Shown: positions 37,210 through 49,980 of the stretch, piece after piece | Numbering within the stretch: the first letter of the stretch is position 1 | Layout of the letters: every line of letters starts with the position of its first letter | NCBI RefSeq assembly: GCF_001194135.2 | Contig: NC_068985.1 | Location: 118,347,656 to 118,411,655 of the forward strand | Reading direction: 5' to 3' | Source of the DNA: Octopus bimaculoides | Lineage: Eukaryota | DNA: 64,000 bases | Position numbers and translations under genes: made by a program | The notes under the pieces: model-generated | Database searches by the model: none | The model's input: the letters and a program-made list of their open reading frames with translations, nothing else | Told to the model about the DNA's origin: nothing

Positions 37210-38705
37210 CCAGCAGAAATACCTGGCGTTGCCCGGTTTAAAGGGAATAATGAAATTTAATAACGCCATCTAGATTACGCAGGTCTCAACTGCTAGTAGC
37301 TAAGATACCAACTTTCTACATTAATAACTCTCCAACCCATTCCAGCATGGAACATAGGCGTTAAGTGAAATGTCAAAAGAAAGTTTTCAAATCATATATG
37401 TATATAAAGTAAATACATGTAATTCAAAGACACGTTTTGTGTAGCTTATTTCGTAAAAAAAAAGCAGGTACAGATTATAAACAGTGAAAGGCCGATTTTG
37501 GTGATTCATTTGACAGCGGTAGTAGAGAGTCAATCCGATGATAAATTTGACCTTGGTTCTTGAAAGTTTGCATGAATCTTGGCTCAGTTAAATCTCTTGT
37601 GGCTCCAAATGATGTCATCTGTTGTGCAGCGTTGTATTGTCTAATTTTGTTTTGGAAGTGCTTGGAATTTTGGTCAGTTGATGGCAACAGTTTCTTCAAT
37701 GGCTCTGGAGGTTGGGGAATTGCAGGAAGTTTAACTTTTCCATCACTGCAACAGAGTGCAGGTGTCTCTCCAGGCCACTTCCTTGCTTTATAATGTATGC
37801 ACTTAGTTGTCATTGCACCAATGGAAACTCCAGTGCCATCTGCATAATGAACTACTGGATTATAATTGAAAGCTGCTTCATAGAAGTTGCTTCTCTGAGC
37901 TGTTGCAACTGCTCTTCGTTCTACAGTGGAGATCTTATTCCTCGTCAGCTGTGCATACATCTGTTCATCGCTTTGAAATGCTCTGGCTTTTGTAGTGCAC
38001 AGTCCGTTCGTTTCTTTGTATGCTTCCTTTTCTGCAGCTGTCACTCTTTCCCTGGACAGAGACATTTTTTTGGCTGACCTTAACATTGTAGATAAATTTG
38101 ACACTTTCCTTCTAGGCATGATTATATATGTATACAGAAATACACGGGCACAGAAGATAGTAAACAATGAAAATAACTGGGCAACGAAAATTATATTTCT
38201 TAATACAACGGGCAGAAAGTAAATAAGAAATTATTACGAAAATAAAGAATTGTACTGGTTGAAGTAAAATTAGTCAGTGAACCAAAGAGCCAGTATCGAA
38301 GGAATAAAAAAAGCCGTTAACAACAGAAAAACACAACGGTTGCAAAAGTAAATCAGAAATTTTTAGGGAAATTAACTAAGTGAACGGATTTAAGTGAAAT
38401 TTTTGAAGTTACTTCGGTCAGTAAATTATGAACTTACTTTTATCAGTAATTCCGTAAAAAAGAAACCGTTACAAAAGCAAATAAGAAATTTGTAGGAAAA
38501 TTTAACGAAGTGTACGGATTGAAGTGTAATTTATGAAGTTACTTTTGTCAGTAAATTAAGTACGAGATTACTTTCTTCACTAATTGCGAACTTCTTTCTG
38601 TCACTAATTTGTCGTTGTTTGTAAATAGCGATTGAAAACTTACAGTGAAAACAATAGTGTCTGAAAAATGAAAGTGACAACAATAGAGGGTGAGTGAGAT
38701 ATAGC

Positions 38706-38782
<77 letters not shown>

Positions 38783-39177
38783 AGTTAGACAAGTAAGATA
38801 GATATAGATAAATAGATAAGATATAGACAGATAGATACTGAGAGATAGATAGATATAGAGATAAAGATGGATAGAAAGATATAGACGTCACTAACGCTAG
38901 AAAACCGGAAGTAAATATTTTAAAAAAACTTTCAAAGACGTGAATAAAAAGCAATATTTTTATTTTTGACCAAAGAGAGACAACCAATTTCTGAAAGTTA
39001 CTTCGCAAAGAGTTACCTCCCTTCTCCATGTAACCCAGGAACGGATAATTTCTGCCCCCAGGGGACCCGTTACTCATTATGAGAAAATTTTTAGGAGTCT
39101 AAAACCATCTCTGGAACATAAGTAATGTATGTTCCCAGTTTGGAGAAAATCAGTTGAAAAATACGGCCGTTATAATC

Positions 39178-39227
<50 letters not shown>

Positions 39228-39245
39228 CGGTATTTATAATATAGA
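37210..39245 (-). mobile_element. Non-autonomous Helitron with both termini and a RepHel N-terminal fragment
   Basis: On minus: A|TCTATATTATAAA 5' end at 39245; 3' hairpin CCGGGCAACGCCAGG then CTGG|T at 37210. ORF 37475-38167 has E.P.LCC.DGKV.LP..P.PPEPL..LL...F...IR.YN...QMTSFGA...F..QGQIYHRI.SLLP. Confidence 0.87.
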
Positions 39246-40655
39246 TAATAACTTTGATAGGTTTCAGCCAGTATAGGCCCAGGCCACGTCTAACTTAACA
39301 GCAGTCTATCTATCTATCTATACACACACGCAAACATTAATTTTACTAATTATATCTAATATGGATGTATATTTGTACATTTAAAGCAAATAATTGACGC
39401 CGTTGCACAAATTAAGGATGAATATTCAAGTTTATGTTGTTCTTACGTCGCTCCAGGTCACATAACCACTCAGACAAAATCACGAGCAAATTGGCTGAAA
39501 GATTCCGAAAGGTTCTACAACTCACTACCTTTGAAGCTCAACCTTCGTCTATTTTATTTTCATGAACTCACTTGACCAAAACACCACGTAGTAGAATCGA
39601 ACCCAGAATTTCGTAATTGCGAAGCGAACTTCTTAATCATTTGGCCTTGCTTACGCCTGCCTGTAAGAGATAGATTTGTAAAATATTACGTGGCTGTCGA
39701 GCGACCGTATGCGCAGGTTCTTTCACTGGCACGTAAAGCATGTGTTCACAGTTGATGAATATTCTTATGAAGAAAACAGGAAGCATTAATCTCGACGAAT
39801 TGGCAGAGTCGTCAAAGTTAAGGACAAAATACCTTGCGGTACATGTTATGGCTCTCTGAGCTCCAAATTCAAATCCCACCAAATTCAACTTTGTCTTTCG
39901 TTCTTTCGGGGGGAGGGGGCGATGAAATAAAGTATCAGTTCAGGGCAGTAAGATCGGCGGAAATACTTGAGTATTGAACGAGATGTGTTGCTGTATTTGT
40001 ACCGGTTGTTCTTATTCTGAAGTTATTGAGCGATAAACTTAATCTGCCGCCTGGTTTAACGCAACATGATCCTTGACTACCTTTAGCGGAGTTCTCTCTG
40101 TTGCAGGCATTCGAGATAAGTCTCTGGTTTGATGATAGCTTCCTCAGAGGAGATTAAAAAGTAAAGGGTCATGGGTGCTACGTTTTCCTCTCTAACTAAG
40201 CAGTAAAAGAAAATAAAAAGTTTCACTATTCAAGATACTGCAGCTAAGCGATTACATACTACGGGAAATGTGCTTGTACGTTTTATATCCAAGGACTTGG
40301 TGGGCTCGCATACACACACACTAGCACACATATCATATATCTACAAAATGGAATTTGAAATTGTGTCAATATGCATGTGTACGTGATCACCATTTTACTT
40401 TTCAATATAGTTGTAATCTACACAATCTGAAAGGTACTTGTAGAAAATTTCATATGAAAATATTCGTTTTTCTGAAAGCTATGAGGAAACAAAGTCGGGG
40501 GCGCACTTGTGTAGGTAAATCCTTATTTTATCCAGAAGGAAGAAAAACTAAGTTGACCTCGGCGGAATTTGAATTCAGAACGTAATGGTGACAAAATGCT
40601 ATTGAGCATTTTGTCCGGCGTGGCAATGATTCTACAAACACGCCGACTTAAAAAC

Positions 40656-40732
<77 letters not shown>

Positions 40733-41303
40733 CAACAGCACAAAATACAAAGCACCTCTGGTCTCAATAAAACAATACAACCCACGCAGCACGTACTCTA
40801 CCCACTCAATGCCCAATAAAATAACATCACAAACTGTTACGCAATCGTCACACGATATCATAACATCCAGCACATCAGCAACAATTTGCTCCATTTGTAT
40901 CCTATTGAAGTTGAATAATACAGAGACGGATTAAGGCCAACTGATGGTCTAAGCGCAACCTACCAATGGTGCACTCTCAAAACTTCTATTGTCTAAGTGA
41001 CAAGATATTAAGTCATATATAAGTGATGAATGTGAAATAACATAAACTACATACCACTTATGCAGTTTATACACGCGTGTCACACAATTATGTAACACTT
41101 CACATGCAACACATACATTATACAAACACTACTTGTCGCATAAGTACATATTCAAAATATAATCACCGCCAAACAAAAATAACTAAAAAAAAAAAATGGA
41201 CCACCGCCAATTTCGACGATGAGTATTCAGTTATTCGATGACTTGAACTAACTGATAATTGAAGTAGAGTGCAATTCATTGAGTATTTCACAAACACGTG
41301 TTG

Positions 41304-41650
41304 TTGGCACTCCATCGATTACGACGTCGAAGGTTCCAGTTGATCCGATCAACGGAACAGCCTGCTCGTGAAATTAACGTGCAAGTGGCTGAGCACTCCA
41401 CAGACACGTGTACCTTTAACGTAGTTCTCAGGGATATTCAGCGTGACACAGTGTGACAAGGCTGACCCTTTGAATTACAGGCACAACAGAAACAGGAAGT
41501 AAGAGTGAGAGAAAGTTGTGGTAGAAGTGTACAACAGGGTTTGCCACCATCCCCTGCTTCTGTGTGTGTGAGCATAGTTGTTAGGACGTTGGTATGTAGA
41601 TGTAAGCGAGCTGTCGAGTGTAAGTCCGAAAGATGGAGAGTGACAGCTAA
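41304..41650 (-). mobile_element. SINE with conserved 3' core (gtgtctgtggagtgctcagccacttgcacgttaatttc...cggagtgcca; Nin-domain-like)
   Basis: Shared core with 44647-44966 (+) and 52885-53263 (-). Confidence 0.75.
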
Positions 41651-41839
41651 ACACGTCCATGTTCTATTGCTGGCCAGCAAGAAAGAGACTGTCTCCAGAG
41701 TTGGAATGAATGTTGGGGACACTGCTTGACACGTCCATGCTCATGGCCGGCCGACCGAGAAAGAGATAGAATAGAAGCGGGAACGCTTGGTTGTTTAATC
41801 CCACGCATGCGTGAGACTACGCATGCGCACGGCATTACT

Positions 41840-41889
<50 letters not shown>

Positions 41890-42713
41890 CAAATTACGAG
41901 GCCGCCTACACTTTTTTTCTGCAAAATAGGGGTATCTTATCCTGTTCACGCTATATTATTAGCATTATCCTGCGTTTGAGAATTTATATATATATAAATT
42001 CTCAAATATATATTCATATATATGAATAGTGAAGGAAAATGGGGATAGAAGAAATCCAAGCGAATATCTCAATTAGAACTCCATGCGATGAATCCAGCTA
42101 ACAAACTGTCCATTGAAATGTATAGTAATCCATATAGTTTAAATATACCAGGTGACAGGTACAAACTGTAAATCCGAGGTTACTCACTAATCGATTGGTT
42201 GGTACATCAATCATTGGGTATAGCAGCAATCAGACAAAAAATTAAGAATTATGTTCTTACATAACTTAACTTGCGTTTCGGATGGGTTAAGGAACTTTGT
42301 CCACTTCATACAATGGTTTGTATGCATAATCAATCAATCAATCAATCAATCAATCAGTCAATCAATCAATTAAACAATCAATTAATTTATAGAAGAGTTA
42401 GCTTTCAATCATTATTTTCAGCACATAAAATTTATGATGTTAAAGTTTTCGAAATCTGCTACACACAAAACTAGTGGAAATAGTTTTGTATATAACAGAC
42501 ATCTCAGACTACTTTCTCTGATTTATCATGTCCTCGCTAAATTCACAGTCGTGGGAGGTCGAGACATCATCAAGTGCTGGAGTATGTTAGTATGTAAGAA
42601 TATAGCCTTGGGAAGATAAATACTGTTTAAACGCTTTATTTGCTGACTAGTCTGTGGTAGAGATGTGCGTAAAGTAAGTATAAAAATAGGAGAGGGTTCA
42701 AATTTTGGTACAA

Positions 42714-43371
42714 GGATCTTTTTTAAAACGGGGGCCACATTTTTCATTAACGAAACACTTTGAAACTTGGAACACTGGTAGAATGTGTCATATAAAACAT
42801 CTTTTTCTCTTAGTCTTCTTTAAAAAAAAAAGAAATCCCTAAGTTATTCCATGTTAAAGTTGTCGTATTTCTGTAATTTCAACCAATCACTGACGTCCAT
42901 TCAGTCGATATACATTAAGTGCCGACTACATAAACAAACGATTCTGAAACAATTCTATCGGTGATAGGGTTAGGGTTAGGGTTAGGGTCAGGGTAAAACA
43001 GCAAATTTNNNNNNNNNNNNNNNNNNNNNNNNNNNNNNNNNNNNNNNNNNNNNNNNNNNNNNNNNNNNNNNNNNNNNNNNNNNNNNNNNNNNNNNAAAAA
43101 AAAAGAAAATGAAAAAAGCAAATTTAAAATGAAAAAAGCAAATAAAACGAAGCTATGGCTTAATCAGCCAAAGGAGTAAATGTAAACAACTGAATACTTG
43201 TCAGTGATTGGTTGAAATTATCGAAATAAGACAATTTTTTTACATGAAATAAATTCGAATACAAAAATATTTTTCTGTTCTATAACACAAAATAGATAAG
43301 TATACGAAGTTTGAAAGTCTTACTACGTAAAACATTAATGAAAAATGTGGCCCCCGTTTTAAAAAAGATCC
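42714..43371. mobile_element. Long GGATC-TIR MITE containing (TTAGGG)n; spans a gap
   Basis: ggatcttttttaaaacgggggccacatttttcattaa / ttaatgaaaaatgtggcccccgttttaaaaaagatcc; TTAGGG run at about 42965-42995; no TSD recognised. Confidence 0.75.
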
Positions 43372-44331
43372 CTATGAACTCCAAAAGGATGAAAGACAAA
43401 GTGGACCTCGGCGGAATTTGAACTTAGAATGTAAAGACGGACGAAATGCCGCTAAGCATTTTGTCCGGGTGCTAACGATTCTGCCAGCTGGCCGTCTTAG
43501 AGTGCAAAGTAAATATTGTGTGGAAAATATGTAATAATTCGACCTTATTTCTTTCGAGAAATACCAGGTTTACTACGGTTAAAGTGAATTCATTTAATGA
43601 AGATTAATCTGGATTACGTTAGGTGTAATAATAAAGGATTAGATTAAGAATGAAAAATTAATTAGAAAACGTCACTTAGTTTATTACATAGTAGATGAAT
43701 TAAGAAGGAAGAGGAAGAACCACTAATAATATAAATTAGGTTTTGATTTTATTTATTTATACCAAAGTAAGTTAACTGTATGAGGTTTTTATGTGAAAAG
43801 AATGTTTTGCTAAATAAATTAGTACTGTGTATTAATAGTTGTTAATTAGGGTTGAATTTACAATTGATTAATTCAAACGCTTCTACCAAGTACTAATCAC
43901 CGCCCCCCGTATAATGAAGAGCACTACCTATAATAGGCTACGAAACAGAATAGTCTATATTCTTCCATTTGAAGCCCAGACGAATTTGCCCAACGGCATG
44001 CAGTTTTCTTTACTTTTTTCTTTTCTTTCTCTTTTGTTACAAATAAAGAAATCGACAACGATTGGTGCAGTGAAGCCAAAAGAAACCAATAAACGAGCCT
44101 CTAAGTAGCTATCGCTTGATTTACATACTGAGTACAAATTGCACCAAGGTCGACTTTTTCTTTCATCACTTCAAGATCCATAAAATAAGTACCGGTCGAA
44201 CACTGGGGTCGCTGTAATCGACTAATTTCTTCTACCAAAATTTCAGGCCTTGTGCCTGTTGTAGAAAGAATTATAATACTCTATGTCTTCATTCTCCCTT
44301 CTACCCATTATCACAGGTTCATCGCCTGACT

Positions 44332-44563
44332 ATGAAAAAGAAGAGAATGATGCTATGTAACGCTATGGTGCTTATTTTGTTCCACATAAGCGCGACGGAG
44401 GCCTTGTTTTTCAGAACGGGGCCAGTTAACTGCATAGTCACCGAATGGAGCGAGTGGAGTAAACCTCTCAGTTTTGGACTGGTGGAACGACATCGCAAAA
44501 TACTTCGTCCGGCAGAGAACGGCGGAAAACCCTGTCCACCAACTTCAGAGAAACTGACAGTCA
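44332..44563 (+). CDS. Secreted TSP1-vWA protein, coding exon 1 (signal peptide plus reduced TSP1 repeat)
   Basis: MKKKRMMLCNAMVLILFHISATEA then NCIVTEWSEWSKPLSFGLVERHRKILRPAENGGKPCP; donor GTAAGT at 44564 (phase 1). The acceptor tcacAG at 44315-44316 implies an upstream non-coding exon. Confidence 0.85.
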
Positions 44564-44646
44564 GTAAGTTATTATATTTTGATTTATTTTATTTGTTAAT
44601 TTTTTTTTCGGTGTAGTTATATAAGGCATACTTGCACATGTGTGAA

Positions 44647-44966
44647 GGCGCGTGGCTTAGTGTTTAGGGGTAATTGGCTCAAGATTGTAAGGTCGTGAGT
44701 TCAATTCCCGGCGGCGCGTTGTGTTCTTAAGCAAGTCATTTTATTTCACGTTGCTCCAATTCGCTCAGCTGGCAAAGTTGAGTAGTACCGGTAATTCAAA
44801 CGGTCGACCTTATCACATTCTATGTCACGCTGAATCTCCCTGACAGCTGCATAAAGGGTACGCGTGTCTGTGGAGTGCTCAGCCACTTGCGCGTTAATTT
44901 CCTGAGCAGGCTGTTCCGTTGATCAGATCACTTGGAACCTTTGTCGTCGTAACCGACGGAGTGCCA
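44647..44966 (+). mobile_element. tRNA-headed SINE with Nin-like core in intron 1
   Basis: A/B boxes tggcttagtg.. / gagttcaattccc plus the shared core. Confidence 0.75.
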
Positions 44967-46681
44967 CTTATACACATGTGCCTCCACCGTGACTTCCCGA
45001 AAAATGAATACATTTTAATGGAATTTTCTGCAAATACCGTTCAGGTGGTGTAGATTCCCATCGGAATTTGTTGTGAAAAAATTTTTCGGAGTTGGAAGAT
45101 TAGTTTCGAATAATTCACACCAGTCGACTTTGTTTCCTAATAACTTTTAGAAATATAAGTTTCATTATGTGATATGTGTCAGTATAAATGTGTGTGTGTC
45201 CACCAATTTTTTCTTTCTCACATTAAATTCGTAATTTACACTATCTGAAAAGTATTTGCAAAAAGTTTCAATAAAAAACATTCCTTTTTCTGAAAGTTAT
45301 AAGGAAACAAAGTCGAAGCGTATGAAAATCCGAAATTATTCCACACCACGAAAAAATTTTCAAAACACATTCCGATATAATCGGAATCGGCACCATCTGA
45401 CAGGTATTTGGAGATAATTTTATTTAAAAAATATCTATTTTTCTGAAAGTTATGAAGAAGCAAAGCCATGGAGGGTGGGGTACACTTATGTAGATATGCC
45501 TTATATAAAATGACTGACAAAAAATGCAACTGAAAAGCAGCTGAATTTTCCGCCAAGTTCTGGATAATTAGTTTGTAAAATTATTTTATGAAAATCCAGA
45601 CACTGAAAAAAAAAAAATTATTACACGGTGTATTAGTAGCAAATTCAACAGATGAATATCAGAAAAGAATGCAGCTCCGATAACGGACGAAGTCAACATC
45701 TATTACAAAGTTGCAAAAGCAACGAAAATTTTGAAAGGAAAATATATATATATATATATATTATAAATAATAAATGAATGGAAATCAAACCGGTGAGTGT
45801 GTTAAATAATAGGGCATTAAGACAGTATGACTCTCCCCAGACACAACAAAAAATGTCAGAGATATATTGTTTTTGTAAATACAGCGCTTGATGAATTCTA
45901 GATCCATTGGGAATAGACCGTTAGAAGTGCCGTGCAGCGCTGGATATTTGTTTTTCACGCTACTACATGTCCCTTATATGGTGTTTGTGTGCAACGTTTT
46001 ACCATTTCAGTTTTATTTTATTGCTGATTTTTATTTTAAGATTAATATTTTCGACAGAAAAATACATTTCTCATTTTCATTTTATTTCCGAGACTGAGTG
46101 AATGAATGAGAGAGAGAGAGGGGAAAGAGAGAGAGAGAGAAAGAGAAGGGGGAGAGAGAGAGAGATGTTCCGGTGAATAAAAATTAGTTTTGTGATTAAA
46201 GCGCGTACTTGAATCTTCAATAATAGCTGATTTTTGAAAACCTCATTTTCATAAGAATATATAAAAATTGGAATTCATAAGAATGTTCGAGACATTGTAG
46301 GTTTTAATAATGCTTTCTTTTAGAAAGATTTGCATAATTTCAACAAATTGATAAGCTGCTTTTTTCCATTTACAGTATAGATTTCACTGTCACCCATTTT
46401 ATACATTTTTTTTGTTCTGCGTCTCAGTATATATAACACCTTATTAAATCGAGCGGAAGATGGAAACTTCCACGTGCTAGCAATCGCTGCCAAATATCCC
46501 TCAATTCACAACCCTACTCTCTTAAGGATACATTTGGTAATATAGTTTAGGCCACACTATTGTTAAAAATATAGAAAACGGTAAGTCATGGTTGACTTGA
46601 ATGTCCTTGTGCATAAATTTGTTCAGTAAAGGTCGGTGTAGGGCTGAAGAACAGCAACTTGGTATTTAAAGAGTAACGGAG

Positions 46682-46816
46682 GGATCTTGTTCAAAACGGG
46701 GGCACCAGTATTTTCTTAACGAAACACTTTCAAACTTGGGACACTGGTAGAATGTGTCATATAAAACATCTTTTTAACATTAATGAAAACTGGTGCCCCC
46801 GTTTTGAACAAGATCC
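46682..46816. mobile_element. Short (135 bp) GGATC-TIR MITE with 8-bp TSD
   Basis: TSD TAACGGAG at 46674-46681 and 46817-46824; TIR ggatcttgttcaaaacgggggcaccag. Confidence 0.9.
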
Positions 46817-47042
46817 TAACGGAGTCTCTACGTGGCCGCTCGACCTGCTAAAAAAGACAGGCAAATATTTCTAAAATCATACCTACAACCTTTACAGAAA
46901 GTAAAGGCTTGTGAGATGGTGATGATGAAGTCCGAGATAAATTGTCTAAAAGACGTGATGGTCATCACTGAAACGCTATTTTTCGTAAGTCAGCTTGATT
47001 AGATCTTACCATGGGTGTTCACATCAACTGAGAACTAAATTT

Positions 47043-47276
47043 GGTGGACATTGGAATTAGACACTGAGGGAAAATGGGTGTAACTTTTTTTATTTTTTAA
47101 GTTAGGCTATTTTCGTTTTTATGATGTGTTCTATATGTCCCGGTCATGCGATTCCCCCTAAAAAAAAGTTTTTTTAGGGGGAATCGCATGACCGGGACCG
47201 AAAACGAAAATCGCCTAACTTAAAAAATAAAAAAGTTACAGCCATTTTCCCTCAGTGTCTAATTCCAATGTCCACC
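47043..47276. mobile_element. Near-perfect palindromic MITE (GGTGG termini, 8-bp TSD)
   Basis: TSD CTAAATTT at 47035-47042 and 47277-47284; arms pair almost to the centre (ccccctaaaaaaaa / ttttttaggggg). Confidence 0.9.
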
Positions 47277-47977
47277 CTAAATTTTGTTGTTTTGTGATTT
47301 ATTTGGTGTCAGTCATCGGAAAGGAGGGAGAGAGTATGTTGTTGTTGGTGGTGGTAGTGGTGGTTATGGTAGTGACAATAGTGCTGATGGTGGTGGCAGT
47401 ACTGATTTTAGTGGTGGTGGTGGTAGTCGTAATGGGAGCTATAGTGACAGCAGCGATAGTAGTGATGGTGGTTGTCATGGTAGTAGTAGAGGTGGTTGGC
47501 AGCGCCCATGCCTCTATATGTATATTCTGAGCGGACCTTTTAAAGAAAATTTACTCACCAGTAATGATACAGTTTCTTTATAACAATTCTCTTCTTGCAT
47601 GACCATAAGATATGATTTGGATGTAATTTGTTTTCAGATCTAATAATACATATATACTGAGGAGAAATAAAGGTTAAGTCATGTTGAGGTCCAATTGTGT
47701 TTAGAAATAGTTAGTCTAAAGCAGAAGTAGAGAACCCTTTTAAGTTGTAAATCCATATTGAAGTTAACTGCCGCTGACAAGGCTGCGTTCTCTAAGCAAT
47801 TTTATACAGCTAAACCTACATAAATGCCTGCTTGTCTGTCTGCCTGCCTGTCTGTCTGTCTGTCTGTATGTATGTATGTATGTATGTATGTACAAGTCAA
47901 ATACAGTTCTGGGCTGTGTTAAGGTGGCATTCCTCAGGAAAATGGTCAAACGCACATTTTAAAATGGACTACATCTG

Positions 47978-48185
47978 CGGAGCTGGCAGAATCGTTAGCA
48001 CACCGGGCAAAATACCTTTCGGCATTTCGTCCGTCTTTATGTTCTGAGTTCAATTTCTTCTGAGGTCCACTTTGCCTTTCATCCTTTCGGGGTCGATAAA
48101 ATAAGTATCAGTTGATTACTGGGGTTGATGTAATCGACTTACCCCTCCTCCGAAATTGCTGGCGTTGTGACAAAATTTGAAACAA
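47978..48185 (+). mobile_element. Abundant short tRNA-like SINE family (ggcagaatcgttagc...gtcgactttgcctttcatcc)
   Basis: Related copies at about 80-222, 9815-9930, 43375-43497 (-), 50575-50748 and 52470-52600. Confidence 0.7.
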
Positions 48186-48383
48186 ATTTTTGATGTTACC
48201 ATCTTGTATGCATGCCTGTATGTATGTATGTATGTATGTATGTATGTATGTGCAAAGCAATTCACGAAGGAAAATATAATAAACAAGCATGTATAAATGC
48301 TCACATAAACACTCACACGCACTCAAATACACCCATCAACAAAATCCCAACAACGACTTTGTATTGATGTGTTGTTTTTACAG

Positions 48384-48577
48384 GGGAACATCCGACAGTC
48401 AACCAAACAGCTGAACATTTTGCTCGGAAATTTGTAACGAATCGCCGTCGCATGTCCTATTCGACCTACGTGGAGTCAATAGAAAGAATCTTACCTCGAG
48501 ATCTACTAATCATCATGGACTCTTCAGGAAGTGTCTCCCCAGCAGAATTTCAACAGAGCAAGCAAGCTATGGCAGAA
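48384..48577 (+). CDS. TSP1-vWA protein exon 2 (linker plus vWA start, PRDLLIIMDSSGSV)
   Basis: tttacAG 48382-48383; A+GG = Arg keeps the frame; MIDAS DxSxS; donor GTAATA at 48578 (phase 0). Confidence 0.88.
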
Positions 48578-48706
48578 GTAATATCTACTATTTATTTATT
48601 TATTTATTTATTTACTTATTTATTTATTTATTTTATTTATTTATCAGAATTGAAGAGTAACTTAGGAAGTATATTTCTACTATTTCAGATAATAACGGGA
48701 ATTATG

Positions 48707-48773
<67 letters not shown>

Positions 48774-48774
<1 letters not shown>

Positions 48775-49030
48775 GTTGTTGTACTTGGGGATGGTCATAT
48801 TGCCAGTTTAGCCAATAAAAACACACGCACTGTATATTTGGTGTTAATTTGCTTCAGCTTTATATTGCATTATATTACATTAATCCTATTTCGGCCAGAG
48901 TTCTTTCGTCACACTTCTGTGACCTCATCAGTGGTCCTTTGCCTTCTTTTTTCTTATGTGTGTCTCACCTTGCTAACTATCAGCCATTTTGGCTAAACTG
49001 GCAATATGACCATCCCAAGTACAACAACAT
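48774..49030. mobile_element. MITE-like inverted repeat
   Basis: gttgttgtacttggggatggtcatattgccagtttagccaa pairs with ttggctaaactggcaatatgaccatcccaagtacaacaac; related arms at about 11715-11845 and 12800-12880. Confidence 0.65.
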
Positions 49031-49775
49031 CTGTTTCAACACACGATTTCACATAAGAAATCTTGCAAAACAAATATATAAACGGAATATATATATATCT
49101 TTAACCTTTTACCTGTTTCAGTCATTGGACTGCGACCATGCTGGAGCACTGCCATGAAGGGTCTTGGTCGAACGAATCTACCCCAGTATTTGTTATTTTC
49201 TAAAGCCTGGTACTTATCCTATAGGTTTATTTTGCCAAACCGTTAGTGGTCAGCAAACGAACCGACACCGGCTGTCAAGCGATAGTGAGGACATACACAA
49301 AGACACACTCTTACACACGCATGCACACGCACACACTCATGTATGACAGTTTTCTTTCGGCTTCCATCTATCAAATCCATTCACAAGGCCATGGTCGGCT
49401 CGGGACTATAGTACAAGACACTTGCCCAAAGTGCCACGCAGTGGGACTGAACCAGGAAACACGTGGCTGGGAAGCAGACTCATCAAACTGCTACACCTGC
49501 GCCTTTATAATCTCACTTTTTATCAATTTTTTTGGTGCTTATACAAATTGATGAAATGAATTCTAATCTTCAAAAGAAAAATATTCTTTATCTTAGAACA
49601 GAATTAAATAAAAGAAATTTTTTAAAAATCAAGTTCTTGTTAGGTCTTATTATACTAAATTGCTCAACAACTCCGATAATTATTTTGTCATTTACTCCCT
49701 TTCTCTACCTCCACCTTTTTCTTCCTCTCCTCCTCTTCCTCCCCACTCCTCCCCCCCTCCCTCTATGATTCTTTC

Positions 49776-49980
49776 AGTAAATTTTCAGATTAACACCCGC
49801 ACGATTTTCACTAGGGTGTTAGGGTATTAGGGTTTTATGGTCAGGATTAGTGTTTTCACTGTTAGTTTTAGGGTTAAAGTTAGGGTTGGGGTTTTAGGGT
49901 TAGGGAATTCCGTCCCTAACTCTAACCCTAACACTAAAACCCGAGTGAAAATCGTGCGGGTGTTAATCTGAAAATTTACC
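49776..49980. mobile_element. MITE with (G)GTAA TIRs, 8-bp TSD and degenerate TTAGGG/CCCTAA interior
   Basis: TSD ATTCTTTC at 49768-49775 and 49981-49988; TIR gtaaattttcagattaacacccgcacgattttcact. Confidence 0.87.

Noticed and set aside
47255-47583. Val-rich and Gly/Ser-rich ORFs
   Set aside because: Degenerate (GGT/AGT)n simple repeat inside an intron; no splice or start context.
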